Source: Octopus vulgaris
Taxonomy: Eukaryota
DNA length: 64,000 nt
NCBI GenBank assembly: GCA_951406725.2
Contig: OX597816.1
Span: 77,562,001-77,626,000 of the forward strand
Direction: 5' to 3'
Positions within the stretch are counted from its first letter, which is position 1. Every line of letters starts with the position of its first letter. Below are positions 62,990-64,000 of the stretch, piece by piece. The notes under the pieces were generated by a model. It made no database searches and was not told where the DNA came from. It was given only the letters and a program-made list of their open reading frames with translations. A program made the translations under genes and the position numbers.

Positions 62990-63560
62990 GATTAGGGGTC
63001 CATGTAGGACTGGTGTAGTCCATGATGGATCTAACGTATTGTTAGTAAACCTCTGTTACTTCTTTCTTTTGGTCAAATATATTACCTGAAGTTGCTCTGG
63101 GTGTCATTGTGTGTTATTTTGCTTTCTTTACTGTGTCTTCTCTGTATAATGAAATTCTGCTATTTTGGTCCTCTATGTGTAGTGTATTTATATTGTCAAA
63201 TGCAATGGTCAGTTGTATTTGATGTTCTTTGGTGTTGCTAGTAAGAACAGAAATATTAGTTTTTGTAGTTACTTTTTAAACCCTGTTGCTGTGGGACCAG
63301 ATTTTCAAGTGATTTATGTATAGTTGGTGTAGTTGTGCTGGAATATCTAGAAAATGACAGCAGGCTGTGTCTTTTTTTTTTTTGTATCTATGTATGAGGC
63401 CATCTGTATATTTTCTGGAGGTATGAGAAGGTTGTGTAGATATAGGTTGTGAGAGGACAGATTCCTGGGGTATTTTATTTGAGAAATTTCAGGTTCTGGA
63501 AGTATTGTTCTTATGCTCCCCATAGGGTTGGTTACCTGAAAATTGGTTTGCTTGCCAGCA
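62990..63560 (-). mobile_element. Old non-LTR RT remnant
   Basis: Minus-strand IPQESVLS (GVPQGSVLS-like) near 63452-63473, followed by a degenerate YxDD-like region. Confidence 0.35.
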
Positions 63561-63577
63561 TGTCATGTTTTTTGAAA

Positions 63578-63787
63578 TCTTTTTCACACCAAGCCATCTG
63601 AGACTGCCCTTGTTTCTATGATACAAACTGTTTGTTTTAAAGTGAACATTAAAACCTTCCCTCAAAATTTCATTTTAATTTATGAACCAGACGCCAACTG
63701 AATAATAACAGAAGTTGTATTTTCTTTTTTTTAATTTTACATTATTTTTCAAAATTAATTGAAACAGTAATATAATAAACTAAAGGG
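63578..63787. mobile_element. Degenerate piggyBac MITE (26741/44601 family)
   Basis: Shares TTCTATGATACAAAC...ATTAAAACCTTCC.TCAAAATTT with 26741 and ends AAAGGGTTAA. Confidence 0.6.
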
Positions 63788-64000
63788 TTAAAGTGGTGTT
63801 CAGCATTTCTTTTGTATGAGTAGATAGTAGTAGATGACTTTGCTGATCTCAAAGGTGTATTTACTCTGGTATAGGTGAGAGATTTTTGAGTTGTTGAAGC
63901 TATCTATTTTTTCTTTGTTTGTTAGTATCCTGGTCTTTCAGTTTAATATTTTTGGTCTTATTGTACATGTGGTGTGTGAGTGTGGTTTGTGTATGAACTG

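Overview
AT-rich, repeat-dense animal genomic DNA with no prokaryotic features. The SINE and RTE repertoire points to an octopod cephalopod (Octopus-like); this is inferred from repeat families and not verified. Most of the window looks like intron or intergenic sequence. Main contents: (1) a young, 5'-truncated RTE-clade LINE (46311-49751) with a PHD-type zinc finger inside its RT region and a modular, repeat-rich 3' UTR, plus many 3'-end fragments of related elements; (2) a Penelope-like element (42274-45280) with a broken RT/GIY-YIG ORF, flanked by inverted pseudo-LTRs that each carry a minimal hammerhead-ribozyme core; (3) a piggyBac deletion derivative and two TTAA-MITE families; (4) hAT MITEs, a Helitron remnant, CR1-like remnants and three tRNA-derived SINE families; (5) a ~1.5-kb inverted duplication with templated insertions and fold-back junctions (31802-36330) and a perfect 49-bp palindrome; (6) one plausible host coding exon (41986-42159) of an unidentified gene. 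Most ORFs in the supplied track are spurious. Boundaries of degenerate repeats are approximate.
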